Positions 50,723-60,051 of a DNA stretch of 64,000 nucleotides are shown one piece after another. Location: NCBI GenBank assembly GCA_963665325.3, contig OZ224045.1:1120001-1184000 (forward strand). Reading direction: 5' to 3'. Each line of letters starts with the position of its first letter. Positions within the stretch are counted from its first letter, which is position 1. The position numbers were made by a program, and so were the translations under genes. The notes beneath the pieces are model-generated. The model was not told where the DNA came from. It ran no database searches and saw only the letters and a program-made list of their open reading frames with translations. This DNA is from Alphaproteobacteria bacterium. GTDB lineage: Bacteria; Pseudomonadota; Alphaproteobacteria; Bin95.

Positions 50723-51892
50723 ATGTCCGCCGAGCGCCGTCCGGGACGCCACATAGAGACCGTCGCCTTTGGCGAGACGGTCCGCGCGTTCGTGCCAGCA
50801 CCGCTGCCCCCAGACCCGCCGCTCCATCTCCATCCTCTTCTCAACAAGTTGGCCGATGCCGAGCGGAAGCTCGGGGCGTTGGATGCGATTTCCGACCTTC
50901 TGCCCGATCCGGAACTGTTCCAATACATGTATGCCCGCAAGGAAGCCGTGCTGTCATCGCAGATCGAAGGCACGCAATCCACCCTAACGACCTTGCTGCG
51001 CGCCGACGCCGAAGGAAGAACCCGCCCGCTGAACGACGACCTTCGGGAGGCTTTCAACTACACCGCGGCCATGGACTATGTCCTTGAACGGCTCGAAACC
51101 CTGCCCCTGTCGCTGCGGCTGATCCGTGAAGCGCACGAACAGCTGATGCAAAGCGTGCGCGGTTTCCAGGCGACCCCAGGCGAGTTTCGGCGCTCGCAAA
51201 ACTGGATCGGCGGCACGCGGCCCGGAAATGCGCGCTTCGTGCCCCCGCCGGTCCCGGAGATGCACGAGTGCCTGGACCGTTTCGAACGCTTCATACATAC
51301 AGAGACGCCCGACATGCCGCCTATTGTCCAAGCGGCCCTGCTGCACCATCAATTCGAAACGATCCACCCCTTTCTCGACGGCAATGGCAGAGTCGGTCGA
51401 TTGTTGATCGTCCTCTTCCTCTGCGCGCGCGGCGTCCTGCGCCGCCCGATCCTCTACCCAAGCCTTTACTTCAAGAGACGCAGAGACGAGTACTACGCCG
51501 GGCTTCAGAACGTGCGCGACCATGGCGACTGGGAAAGCTGGATCGCCTTCTTCCTCGAAGCTGTCGCTGAGAGTGCCGCCCATGCATTGGACATGACGCG
51601 CCGCATTCGGGCGATGTTCGAGGAACATCGCGGAACCATTGTCGGCGAGGGCGGTGCACGCGCCTCTTCTGCGCTGCGTGTGCATGACGCGCTCTGCCGC
51701 CGTCCATTCGCGTCGGTGTCGGACCTTGCCAGCGCCGCGCAACTCAGCAGGCCGACGGTTCGGAGTTGCCTGGAACGCCTCTCCGGGTTGGACCTCGTTC
51801 GGGAGGTCACTGGTGCGTCCTACGGCCGGCTGTATAGTTACTATCCCTATGTCGCGCTTCTCGACGAGGATTCCGATCGGCCCTTTGCGTGA
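50723..51892 (+). CDS. Fic family AMPylase (class II) with C-terminal HTH
   Basis: SSQIEG inhibitory motif; canonical HPFLDGNGRVGR; C-terminal SVSDLASAAQLSRPTVRSCLERL. Confidence 0.93.
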   Translation: MSAERRPGRHIETVAFGETVRAFVPAPLPPDPPLHLHPLLNKLADAERKLGALDAISDLLPDPELFQYMYARKEAVLSSQIEGTQSTLTTLLRADAEGRTRPLNDDLREAFNYTAAMDYVLERLETLPLSLRLIREAHEQLMQSVRGFQATPGEFRRSQNWIGGTRPGNARFVPPPVPEMHECLDRFERFIHTETPDMPPIVQAALLHHQFETIHPFLDGNGRVGRLLIVLFLCARGVLRRPILYPSLYFKRRRDEYYAGLQNVRDHGDWESWIAFFLEAVAESAAHALDMTRRIRAMFEEHRGTIVGEGGARASSALRVHDALCRRPFASVSDLASAAQLSRPTVRSCLERLSGLDLVREVTGASYGRLYSYYPYVALLDEDSDRPFA

Positions 51893-51983
51893 TTACCGGC
51901 CAATGCGGCATCCGGCGCGTTGAACGGGGCGGTTGCCGGGCCATATCCGTCGGGAGGAATCGGCCGGAAGAGAAAGCGCGCGC

Positions 51984-52661
51984 ATGGCAGGCTCGGACTG
52001 GGCGGTGGAGCTGGAGGATGTCCACCTCACTCTGGTGAGCGCCGCCGGGCCGGTCAATGTCCTGCGCGGCATCGACCTTGCGGCGGTGCCCGGCGAAACC
52101 CTCGCCGTGGTCGGCCCGTCCGGGTCCGGCAAGACCTCGACCCTGCTGGTGGCCGCCGGGCTGGAACGGGCCACGCAGGGCCGGGTGGCGGTCGCTGGGC
52201 AGGATCTAGGCGGGATGTCCGAAGACGAACTCGCCATGCTGCGGCGCGAGCGGATCGGCATCGTGTTCCAGTCCTTCCACCTTATGGCGACGATGACGGC
52301 GCTCGAGAATGTCGCTGTGCCGCTGGAACTCGCCGGGCGGCGCGATGCGCTGGACCGGGCGCGCGCCTGTCTTGAGGCGGTCGGCCTCGGCGCGCGCACC
52401 GGGCATTATCCGGGCGAGCTTTCGGGAGGCGAGCAGCAGCGGGTCGCGATAGCCCGCGCCTTCGGGCCGGCGCCGGCGGCGATCTTCGCCGACGAGCCGA
52501 CCGGCAATCTCGACGGCGAGACCGGCCGCCGCGCGCTCGACGCGCTGTTCGGCCTCGCGGCGGACGGCGGAACCACGCTGATCCTCGTGACCCACGATCC
52601 CGACCTCGCCGCGCGCTGTGCGCGCCAGGTTCGGATCGAGGACGGGCGCATTGCGAGCTGA
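51984..52661 (+). CDS. ABC transporter ATP-binding protein (YbbA/LolD-like)
   Basis: GPSGSGKT, LSGGEQQRVA, ADEPTGNLD. Confidence 0.92.
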   Translation: MAGSDWAVELEDVHLTLVSAAGPVNVLRGIDLAAVPGETLAVVGPSGSGKTSTLLVAAGLERATQGRVAVAGQDLGGMSEDELAMLRRERIGIVFQSFHLMATMTALENVAVPLELAGRRDALDRARACLEAVGLGARTGHYPGELSGGEQQRVAIARAFGPAPAAIFADEPTGNLDGETGRRALDALFGLAADGGTTLILVTHDPDLAARCARQVRIEDGRIAS

Positions 52662-55158
52662 TCCCGCGCTTGCCTGGCGGCTGGCGCGGCGCGAAATGCG
52701 CGGCGGGCTCACGGGCTTCCGGATTTTCCTGCTCTGCATCGCCATCGGTGTCGCGGCGATCGCGGCGGTCCACTCCGTCAGCAAGGCGGTCCAGACCGGC
52801 ATCGCCCGCGACGCCCGCGCGCTGCATGGCGGCGATCTTGCGGTCCGCATGACCTATGTGCCGGCGGATGGCGCCGCGCGAGCGGATTTCGCCGCCCTCG
52901 GGCGCGTCTCGGAAATCGTCGAGATGCGGGCCATGGCGCGCGGCGGCGGCGATGCGGCGCTGGTGGAGCTCAAGGCGGTGGACGGGGCCTATCCGCTCGC
53001 GGGCCGTCTTCGGCTCTCCGGCGGCTTGGCGCTGGAAGACGCGCTCTCCGACGGCGGCGCTGTCGTCGAAGCGACCTTGCTGGAGCGGCTGGGCCTCGCG
53101 GTCGGCGACCGGATCGAGGTCGGCGACGGGTCGTTTGCTGTGCGCGCCACCCTCGAACGCGAGCCGGACCGCGCGGTCGGCCTCTTTTCTTTCGGGCCGC
53201 GCTTCATGGTCGACCTCGATGGGCTCAGGAGAACCGGACTGGTGCAGCCCGGAAGCCTGATCCGATACAAATACCGCATCGCTCTGGACGATCCCGGCCG
53301 CACCGTTGCGGAATACCGCCGCCTCGCGCGGGAATATACCGACCGGGGCTGGCGCGTGACGGGCATCGGTTCGGCCGCCCCCGGGCTCCGGCAGACGATC
53401 CGTCGCCTCACGCTCTTCATGACGCTCGTCGGGCTGGCGGCCTCGATCATCGGCGGCATCGGCGTCGCCAACGCGGTGCGCGCGCATCTGGCGTCACGGC
53501 GGCCGGCGATAGCGACGCTCGGCTGCCTCGGCGCGACGCCCCGGTTGATCGGGCTCACATTCGGTCTCCAGGTCGCAGTCATGACGGTTCTGGCAATCGC
53601 GATCGGGCTCGTCCTGGGCGCGGCTGCGCCCTACCTCTTCGTCGGGTTGCTGGAGACCTATCTGCCCGTCGATCTCGCGCTCGGCGTCTATCCGGGGCCG
53701 CTGATTCTGGCGGCTGCCTTCGGGGCGCTGACCTCTGCCGTGTTCTCGCTGCCGCCGCTGGCCGCCGCCGCCCGCCGCCCGCCGGTTGCACTGTTCCGCG
53801 ATGTCGAGGCGGCGGGAGGAGAGGGAGCGGGGCTTGCCGCAATCCTCGCATCCGCCGGGCTGGCCGTGCTGCTCGCGGCGCTTGCGGTCGCCACGGCGCC
53901 GGATCGCGTGCTGGCGCTCTGGTTCGTGGCCGGAACGCTGGCGGCCTACGGCATTTTCTTCGCCGCGGCCACGGCGACTGTGCGTCTCGCGCGCGGGCTC
54001 AAGAGCGCCGGGCCGGGCGCGCTCCGCCGGGCGCTGGCGGCGCTCGCAAGGCCTGGGGGCGAGACCGGAGGCCTGCTTCTGTCGCTCGGTTTCGGCGTGA
54101 CCGTGCTGGTTGCCGTCGCCTCGGTCGAGGAGGGGCTTTCCCGCCAACTGAGCGAAGAGATTCCCGCCGATGCGCCGACGCATTTCTTCATCGACATCCA
54201 GCCCGACCAGGCGGAGCGCTTCGATGCCGTCATAGCTAAGACGCCCGGCGCGGTGCTGGACCGGCGCACGCCGCATCTGCGCGCCCGCATCGCCTCGATC
54301 GACGGCGTGCCGGCGGCCGACGCGCAGGTGCCCGAGAATGCGCGCTGGGCGATTCGCGGCGAACGCGGCCTCACCTGGTCCGCAGAGCAGCCCGAGGGGA
54401 CGGAGATCGTCTCCGGACGGTGGTGGCCGGCGGACTATCGGGGGCCGCCGCTCGTCTCCTTCGACGCCAATCTGGCTCACGCCTTCGGCCTGGAGCCGGG
54501 GGACCGTATCGCCTTCAACATACTGGGCCGCACCGTGGAGGCGGAGGTCGCCAATCTGCGCCGCATCGCGTGGCGGACGCTCAGGATGCAGTTCACCACG
54601 ATCTTCGCGCCGGGGGCGCTGGAACGCGCGCCGCAGACCTATATCGCCACCGTCCGCACACCGCCGGAGGCCGAGGCGGGCCTGACCGCCGCCATGGCCG
54701 CCGCGCTGCCCAATGTCTCGGCGATCCGGGTGAAGGAGGCGCTGGCGCTGGTGACGGAGCTGGTCGCGCAGATGGGCATCGCCATCCGCCTCGTCGCCGC
54801 GGTCGGGTTGGCGGCGGGCCTCGCCGTGCTGGCAGGCGCCATCGCCGCCGGGCGCCGCCGCCGCCAGCGCGATGCCGTGGTGTTCAAGGTGCTGGGCGCA
54901 ACGCGGGCCGACCTCGTGCGCAGCTACATGCTGGAATTCGCCATTCTCGGCGGCGTGGCGGCCCTGCTCGGCTGCCTGCTCGGCCTCGCCGCCGGCTATG
55001 TGCTGCTGGAGGAGGTCATGGATATCGCCTGGACCGCGCCCGTCGTAACTGCAGCGGCGACGGCGCTCGCCGCCATCGCGGTAACGGCGCTGTTCGGTTT
55101 CCTCGGCACCTGGCGGCTGCTGGGCCAGCCCGCCGCTCCGGCGTTGCGCGAGCCCTAA
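52651..55158 (+). CDS. ABC transporter permease (YbbP / FtsX-like)
   Basis: LAWRLARRE.R, GGDL, two FtsX-like TM blocks, FFIDIQ. Confidence 0.9.
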   Translation: MRADPALAWRLARREMRGGLTGFRIFLLCIAIGVAAIAAVHSVSKAVQTGIARDARALHGGDLAVRMTYVPADGAARADFAALGRVSEIVEMRAMARGGGDAALVELKAVDGAYPLAGRLRLSGGLALEDALSDGGAVVEATLLERLGLAVGDRIEVGDGSFAVRATLEREPDRAVGLFSFGPRFMVDLDGLRRTGLVQPGSLIRYKYRIALDDPGRTVAEYRRLAREYTDRGWRVTGIGSAAPGLRQTIRRLTLFMTLVGLAASIIGGIGVANAVRAHLASRRPAIATLGCLGATPRLIGLTFGLQVAVMTVLAIAIGLVLGAAAPYLFVGLLETYLPVDLALGVYPGPLILAAAFGALTSAVFSLPPLAAAARRPPVALFRDVEAAGGEGAGLAAILASAGLAVLLAALAVATAPDRVLALWFVAGTLAAYGIFFAAATATVRLARGLKSAGPGALRRALAALARPGGETGGLLLSLGFGVTVLVAVASVEEGLSRQLSEEIPADAPTHFFIDIQPDQAERFDAVIAKTPGAVLDRRTPHLRARIASIDGVPAADAQVPENARWAIRGERGLTWSAEQPEGTEIVSGRWWPADYRGPPLVSFDANLAHAFGLEPGDRIAFNILGRTVEAEVANLRRIAWRTLRMQFTTIFAPGALERAPQTYIATVRTPPEAEAGLTAAMAAALPNVSAIRVKEALALVTELVAQMGIAIRLVAAVGLAAGLAVLAGAIAAGRRRRQRDAVVFKVLGATRADLVRSYMLEFAILGGVAALLGCLLGLAAGYVLLEEVMDIAWTAPVVTAAATALAAIAVTALFGFLGTWRLLGQPAAPALREP

Positions 55159-55749
55159 TCGACGTTACCAGAAGGTAGGGGAGCGGACGTAAGCCAAAAG
55201 GGTCAGGGACACTTCTTCTTCAGCTTGGCCTCATAAAGCTGGCGTTCCCTGTCTCGGATTTTTTGGCGAGCGACATGTTCCAACTTCTCATCGGCCATCA
55301 CCGACCACAAGCCGCCCCAGAATATCTGCTTGGCTTGTCCGCTGGTGGCCTCCTCGTCAACACCTCTCTCGTGGCGCTGAAGCAACAAAAACTCCTGCTC
55401 AATGTCCTCGCATGACATAGCCCGTACCTTAGCCGCATCGAGCGGAGGCATTTTCTCGAAATCCTTCGTTGCACAACCGCCAAGTGCAAGGAGCGCTGCT
55501 GCGGCGACAAAGCAGATGGGGGTCTTTGCCTTCACCGAAACGGGAAAAAGCGGTGTTGAGCGCATAAGAATAGGACCTCTAGTTTAGGAAGCTGACGCAT
55601 TATGCATCTGCGTAATTGCCTTTAGGCATTCGACCCAAGCGTGTCAATCTTCGCCGCCGTCGAGGCCATCTGCAATGGCGCCATTCGGTTCCTTCGTTAC
55701 ACAACGACTGCTGGGCCAGCCCGCCGCTCCGGCGCTCAGGGAGCCGTAA
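55114..55749. repeat. 45-bp duplication of the permease 3' end (55114-55158 and 55705-55749) flanking an islet
   Basis: 27-bp identical core CTGCTGGGCCAGCCCGCCGCTCCGGCG; both copies encode RLLGQPAAPALREP*. Confidence 0.9.
55203..55565 (-). CDS. Small lipoprotein, hypothetical
   Basis: Hydrophobic stretch ending LALGG|C; lower GC; GAGG upstream. Confidence 0.75.
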   Translation of the reverse strand: MRSTPLFPVSVKAKTPICFVAAAALLALGGCATKDFEKMPPLDAAKVRAMSCEDIEQEFLLLQRHERGVDEEATSGQAKQIFWGGLWSVMADEKLEHVARQKIRDRERQLYEAKLKKKCP

Positions 55750-55818
55750 AGATTGCTTCCCGGCAGGCGGTGGCGCGCTATGCTGGTCCTGAAACGGGCG
55801 GAAGGGGGAGACGGGTTC

Positions 55819-56586
55819 ATGGCCGGAATGCTGGACGGCAAGGCGGCGCTGATTACCGGGGGCGCGAACGGCATCGGGCGGGCGACGGCGCTGCTCTTCG
55901 CCGAGGAGGGCGCGCGGGTGGCCGCCGCCGATCTCAATCTCGAAGGCGCGGAGGAGACCGCGGCAATGATCCGCGAGGCCGGCGGGGAGGCGGTTGCGCT
56001 CTCCGTCGAGGTGTCGGACGCCGAACAGGTCGAGGCGATGGTGGATGCGACCGTGGAGGCGTTCGGGCGGATCGACTGCGCGTTCAACAATGCCGGCATC
56101 GCCCCGGTCAATGTCGGCAACAATGCCAGGCGGACCCATAGTTGGTCGGAGGAAGGCTTCGACCGGATGATCGAGGTCAACCTCAAGGGCGTGTGGCTCT
56201 GTATGAAGAGTGAGATCGGGCGGATGCTGGAGACGGGCGGCGGCGCCATCGTCAATACCTCGTCCATCGCGGGGCTCGCCGGCCTGCCGACCTCGTCGGG
56301 CTATGTCGCCGCCAAGCACGGCGTCTCCGGGCTCACGCGCACCGCCGGCATCGAATATGCGACTGACGATATCCGCGTGAACGCCGTCTGCCCCGGCTTC
56401 ATCGCCACCGACATGACCCGCGAGGTCATGTCCCGGCGCGGCAATGAGCTCATGGCCCTGGTGCCGGCGCGGCGCATGGGCGATGCGCGTGAGATCGCGG
56501 AGATGGTCTGCTGGCTCTGCTCGGACCGCTCCGGCTTCGTCACCGGCGCCACCTACAATGTCGATGGCGGCTACATGGCGTCCTGA
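55819..56586 (+). CDS. SDR family oxidoreductase (tandem copy 1)
   Basis: TGGANGIG, FNNAG, YVAAK. Confidence 0.93.
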   Translation: MAGMLDGKAALITGGANGIGRATALLFAEEGARVAAADLNLEGAEETAAMIREAGGEAVALSVEVSDAEQVEAMVDATVEAFGRIDCAFNNAGIAPVNVGNNARRTHSWSEEGFDRMIEVNLKGVWLCMKSEIGRMLETGGGAIVNTSSIAGLAGLPTSSGYVAAKHGVSGLTRTAGIEYATDDIRVNAVCPGFIATDMTREVMSRRGNELMALVPARRMGDAREIAEMVCWLCSDRSGFVTGATYNVDGGYMAS

Positions 56587-56617
56587 CGGGCGGAACGGAA
56601 CGGGGGAGTAGAGCGAC

Positions 56618-57388
56618 ATGGTCGGAATGCTGGATGGCAAGGCGGCGCTGGTTACCGGAGCTGCCAACGGCATAGGGCGGGCGACGGCGCTGCTCTTCGC
56701 GAAAGAGGGTGCGCGGGTCGCGGCGGCCGACCTCAACCTGGAAGGCGCGGACGAGACGGCCGCCATGATCCGCGAAGCAGGCGGCGAGGCGGTAGCGCTT
56801 GGCGTCGAGGTGACCGAGGCGGAACAGGTCGAGGCGATGCTGGATGCGGCGGTTGAGGCCTTCGGGCGGATCGACTGCGCGTTCAACAATGCCGGCATCG
56901 GGCCGGCCAACCTCAACCATTTCGGCCGCCGCACCCATGAATGGACCGAGGAGAGCTTCGACCGCATGATCGCGGTCAATCTAAAGGGTGTGTGGCTCTG
57001 CATGAAGGGCGAGATCGAGCGGATGACGGCGGACGAGGGCGGCGGGGCCATCGTCAACACCTCCTCGGTCGCCGGCCTGCTCGGCCTGCCGGGCGGCAGC
57101 GCCTATGTCGCGGCAAAGCACGCCGTCTCCGGCATGACGCGCACCGCAGGCATCGAGTACGCCAGCGACAATATTCGCGTCAACGCCGTCTGCCCCGGCT
57201 ATATCGCGACCGACATGACGCGCGAGGCGCGCGCCCGGCGCGGCAATGAGCTCATGAACCGCGTGCCGGCGCGCCGCATGGGCGAGGCGCAGGAGATCGC
57301 GGAGATGGTCTGCTGGCTCTGCTCCGACCGCTCAAGCTACGTCACCGGCGCCACCTACAATGTCGATGGCGGCTACGTGGCTTCGTGA
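56618..57388 (+). CDS. SDR family oxidoreductase (tandem copy 2)
   Basis: TGAANGIG, FNNAG, YVAAK; closely similar to the upstream gene. Confidence 0.93.
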   Translation: MVGMLDGKAALVTGAANGIGRATALLFAKEGARVAAADLNLEGADETAAMIREAGGEAVALGVEVTEAEQVEAMLDAAVEAFGRIDCAFNNAGIGPANLNHFGRRTHEWTEESFDRMIAVNLKGVWLCMKGEIERMTADEGGGAIVNTSSVAGLLGLPGGSAYVAAKHAVSGMTRTAGIEYASDNIRVNAVCPGYIATDMTREARARRGNELMNRVPARRMGEAQEIAEMVCWLCSDRSSYVTGATYNVDGGYVAS

Positions 57389-57407
57389 TGCAACCGTAGT
57401 CTGGAGC

Positions 57408-57791
57408 ATGGAACCGCAGCCTCTCATTGCCGTGGCGGATGTGGAGGCGAGCAGCCTCTGGTACCGGCAGCTTCTCGGCTGCGAAAGCGGGCATGGCGGG
57501 CCGGACTATGAGCGGCTGGTATCGGGCAGCAGGCTGGTCCTCCAGCTCCACCGCTGGGACGCGCACGACCATCCGCATATGGGCGATCGCGCATCGCGTC
57601 CTTACGGCAATGGCGTGCTGCTCTGGTTCCGGACCGATGCGTTCGATGCGGCGGTTGGGCGGGCACGCGCGCTCGGCGCCGAAATCCTCGAAGAGCCGCA
57701 TGTGAACCCGAACGCCCGGCACCGCGAATGCTGGCTGCGGGACCCGGACGGCTATGTCGTCGTTCTGGCTGGGGCCGAGGGCGACATCTGA
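57408..57791 (+). CDS. VOC / glyoxalase family protein
   Basis: VADVEASS.WY..LLG, RDPDGY. Confidence 0.85.
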   Translation: MEPQPLIAVADVEASSLWYRQLLGCESGHGGPDYERLVSGSRLVLQLHRWDAHDHPHMGDRASRPYGNGVLLWFRTDAFDAAVGRARALGAEILEEPHVNPNARHRECWLRDPDGYVVVLAGAEGDI

Positions 57792-57909
57792 TCCTCCTCA
57801 ACAGGGTCTCCGGTCGCATTTTCCCCGTTTCGAGTCGCGTCCGGGCGCAAAAGCGTGCTTCGGGCCCGGCAGACTGGACCCTGCCCGGACCCGGCGGAGC
57901 GCCCCCGCG

Positions 57910-59022
57910 ATGAACGACCTGGCGAACGTGCTCAAGCCCATCGAAGCGGCCAGCGGCCTGCCGGGTCGCTGCTACACGGACGCCTTGGCGTTCGAGGAGG
58001 AACGGCGGCGGATCTTCGGCCGCGACTGGTTCTGCATTGGCTTCGCGAGCGACATTGCCGCCCCCGGAGACCTCATGCCGGTGGATGCGATGGGGACGGC
58101 GCTGCTTCTGGTGCGGACCGGGGACGGCGAAATTCGCTGCTTCCACAATGTCTGCCGCCATCGCGGCGTCCGCCTGGTGGAGGAGCCGGCGCGCGGACGC
58201 AAGGCGCTGCGCTGTCCGTACCACAGCTGGACCTACGACCTGGAGGGGCGGCTGCGCGCCACGCCTCATATCGGCGGCATGGGCCGCCACGAAGCGCCAG
58301 GATTCTGCAGGAGCGGGCGCGGGCTCTTCCCGGTGCGCACGGGCGTCTGGCTGGACATGGTGTTCGCCGACCTCTCCGGCGAGGCGCCCGCACTCGAAGA
58401 CTGGCTTGCGCCGCTGCTGGAGCGGTGGCGGGACTTCCCGCTGGCGCGCTACCGGCCGGCGGAGGCGGAGCCGATCCGCTTCCGGCTCCATGCCAACTGG
58501 AAGCTCGCTGTGGAAAACTATTGCGAGGCTTACCACCTGCCCTGGGTGCATCCGGGCCTGAACCGCATCTCGTCCCTTGCCGACCATTATCCCATTGTGG
58601 ATGCGGCCTTCTCCGGCCAGGGGTCATCCCGATATGCGGCCCGTGGCGGGCTGCCCTGCGCGGACGAGAGCGAACTGTCCGAATATGTGGCCCTCTATCC
58701 GAACCTGCTGCTTGGCGCGCATACGGACCATTTCTTTGCCATGCGCCTCGATCCTCTCGCTCCGGACGAGACCGTGGAAGAAGCCCGGCTATGGTGCCTC
58801 GAAGAAGCGGCGGCAGCGCCGGAATATGCGGACGCGCGTCAGCGGCTGCGGGCGCGCTGGGAAGAGGTTTTCCGGGAGGATGTCGACATTGTCGAGCGGA
58901 TGCAGAAGGGACGCCTGTCGCCGGCTTTCGACGGCGGCTGTTTCTCGCCTGTCATGGACGTGCCGAGCCATGCTTTCCACAGATGGGCAGCGTTTCGCCT
59001 CGTGGCGAAGGAGTCTGCTTGA
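57910..59022 (+). CDS. Rieske non-heme iron oxygenase alpha subunit (choline monooxygenase-like)
   Basis: NVCRHRG...CPYHSW Rieske motif; [12 protein letters not shown]...H; ED. Confidence 0.92.
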   Translation: MNDLANVLKPIEAASGLPGRCYTDALAFEEERRRIFGRDWFCIGFASDIAAPGDLMPVDAMGTALLLVRTGDGEIRCFHNVCRHRGVRLVEEPARGRKALRCPYHSWTYDLEGRLRATPHIGGMGRHEAPGFCRSGRGLFPVRTGVWLDMVFADLSGEAPALEDWLAPLLERWRDFPLARYRPAEAEPIRFRLHANWKLAVENYCEAYHLPWVHPGLNRISSLADHYPIVDAAFSGQGSSRYAARGGLPCADESELSEYVALYPNLLLGAHTDHFFAMRLDPLAPDETVEEARLWCLEEAAAAPEYADARQRLRARWEEVFREDVDIVERMQKGRLSPAFDGGCFSPVMDVPSHAFHRWAAFRLVAKESA

Positions 59023-59048
59023 CGGCAACCGGACGGCGGTCCTATAAG
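59019..59048 (+). promoter_or_regulatory. Putative sigma70 promoter for rpsT
   Basis: TTGACG-N18-TATAAG, ~40 nt upstream of rpsT. Confidence 0.45.
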
Positions 59049-59087
59049 CCGCCCCAACCAAGACCGGAACGGAAACCGACCGACATC

Positions 59088-59354
59088 ATGGCCCATTCGA
59101 CCCAAGCCAGGAAGCGGGTTCGCCAGAACCTGCGCCGCGCCACACGCAACCGCGCCCGTGCCAGCCGTGTGCGGACCTTCATAAAGAAGGTCGAGGCCGC
59201 GATAGACAGCGGCGACCGGGAAGAGGCGCGGGCTGCACTCAGAAACGCCGAGCCCGAGATGGCGCGCGGCGCCCAAAAGGGAAAATTTCATCGCAACACG
59301 ATGCAGCGCAAGCTCTCGAGATTGTCGAAGAAAATCAAAGAGTTAAGTGCCTAG
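59088..59354 (+). CDS. rpsT: 30S ribosomal protein S20
   Basis: [13 protein letters not shown]...[15 protein letters not shown]...H.N...RK.SRL. Confidence 0.96.
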   Translation: MAHSTQARKRVRQNLRRATRNRARASRVRTFIKKVEAAIDSGDREEARAALRNAEPEMARGAQKGKFHRNTMQRKLSRLSKKIKELSA

Positions 59355-59380
59355 CGCGCGACCTGTAGCCGGACATGCCG

Positions 59381-59409
59381 CCGCCGCTTTCGAGCGGCGG
59401 ATTTTTTTT
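59381..59409 (+). terminator. Rho-independent terminator after rpsT
   Basis: CCGCCGCT-TTCG-AGCGGCGG followed by A and T8. Confidence 0.9.
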
Positions 59410-59640
59410 GTCAAAAAAATGTTACGCCTTGCTAAGGCTTTAGGGAGTTCGCAGGCCGGGTTCGCTGCTTGGCCCTCTTGCGAGGGGGACGGAGCCTAGT
59501 AGCCTTCTTCGTGTCCCATCAAGTCGGCCACCGGCCGGATCGGGTCGGACAGGAGCGGTTGTCGGGAGCGACCGCCTCTGCCGCCTCAGGGTCCGGCCGG
59601 CCGGTTGCCGGGCGGGGCGTCGGGAGAAGGAGCAGCACCG

Positions 59641-60051
59641 ATGACCTATGCCGGGGACCTCTCGCCGCGAGAAGCCTGGGAGATGCTGGAGACCGCGAAG
59701 GACGCGATCCTCGTGGATGTCCGCACCTTGCCCGAGTGGCAGTTCGTCGGCTTGCCGGACCTGGCGGCACTCGGGCGTCCGGCGTCGCTGATATCCTGGC
59801 AGGTCTGGCCCGGGATGGGGGTAAACGCGAATTTCGTCGATGAAGTGGCCGCCTCGTCGCGGGGCGGTCCACTGCTGTTCATCTGCCGGTCCGGCGTCCG
59901 GTCGGCCCATGCGGCGGCGGCGGTGACGGAGCGGGGCCTCGGACCCTGCTACAATGTTTCCGAAGGGTTCGAAGGCGACCGGGACGGCGAAGGGCATCGA
60001 GGCCGGGCAGGGGGCTGGAAGGCCGCCGGCCTGCCCTGGATGCAGGAGTGA
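59641..60051 (+). CDS. Rhodanese-like domain protein
   Basis: AGGAG RBS; LVDVRT..EW, ICRSGVRS, GFEG, GWKAAGLPW. Confidence 0.92.
   Translation: MTYAGDLSPREAWEMLETAKDAILVDVRTLPEWQFVGLPDLAALGRPASLISWQVWPGMGVNANFVDEVAASSRGGPLLFICRSGVRSAHAAAAVTERGLGPCYNVSEGFEGDRDGEGHRGRAGGWKAAGLPWMQE

Noticed and set aside
50415-50801. N-terminal extension of the arylesterase with 23-aa repeats (WKNPFHSKD...)
   Set aside because: The frame stays open because 69 is a multiple of 3; it would bury the signal peptide and start inside fic
51919-51933. 15-bp exact match (GTTGAACGGGGCGGT) to the D/anticodon region of tRNA-Ser(CGA) just after fic
   Set aside because: Short and GC-rich, with no partner site at the other end of the islet; chance cannot be excluded
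59355-59640. oriC between rpsT and rhodanese/dnaA
   Set aside because: No consensus DnaA boxes seen; the AT run is mostly the terminator tail
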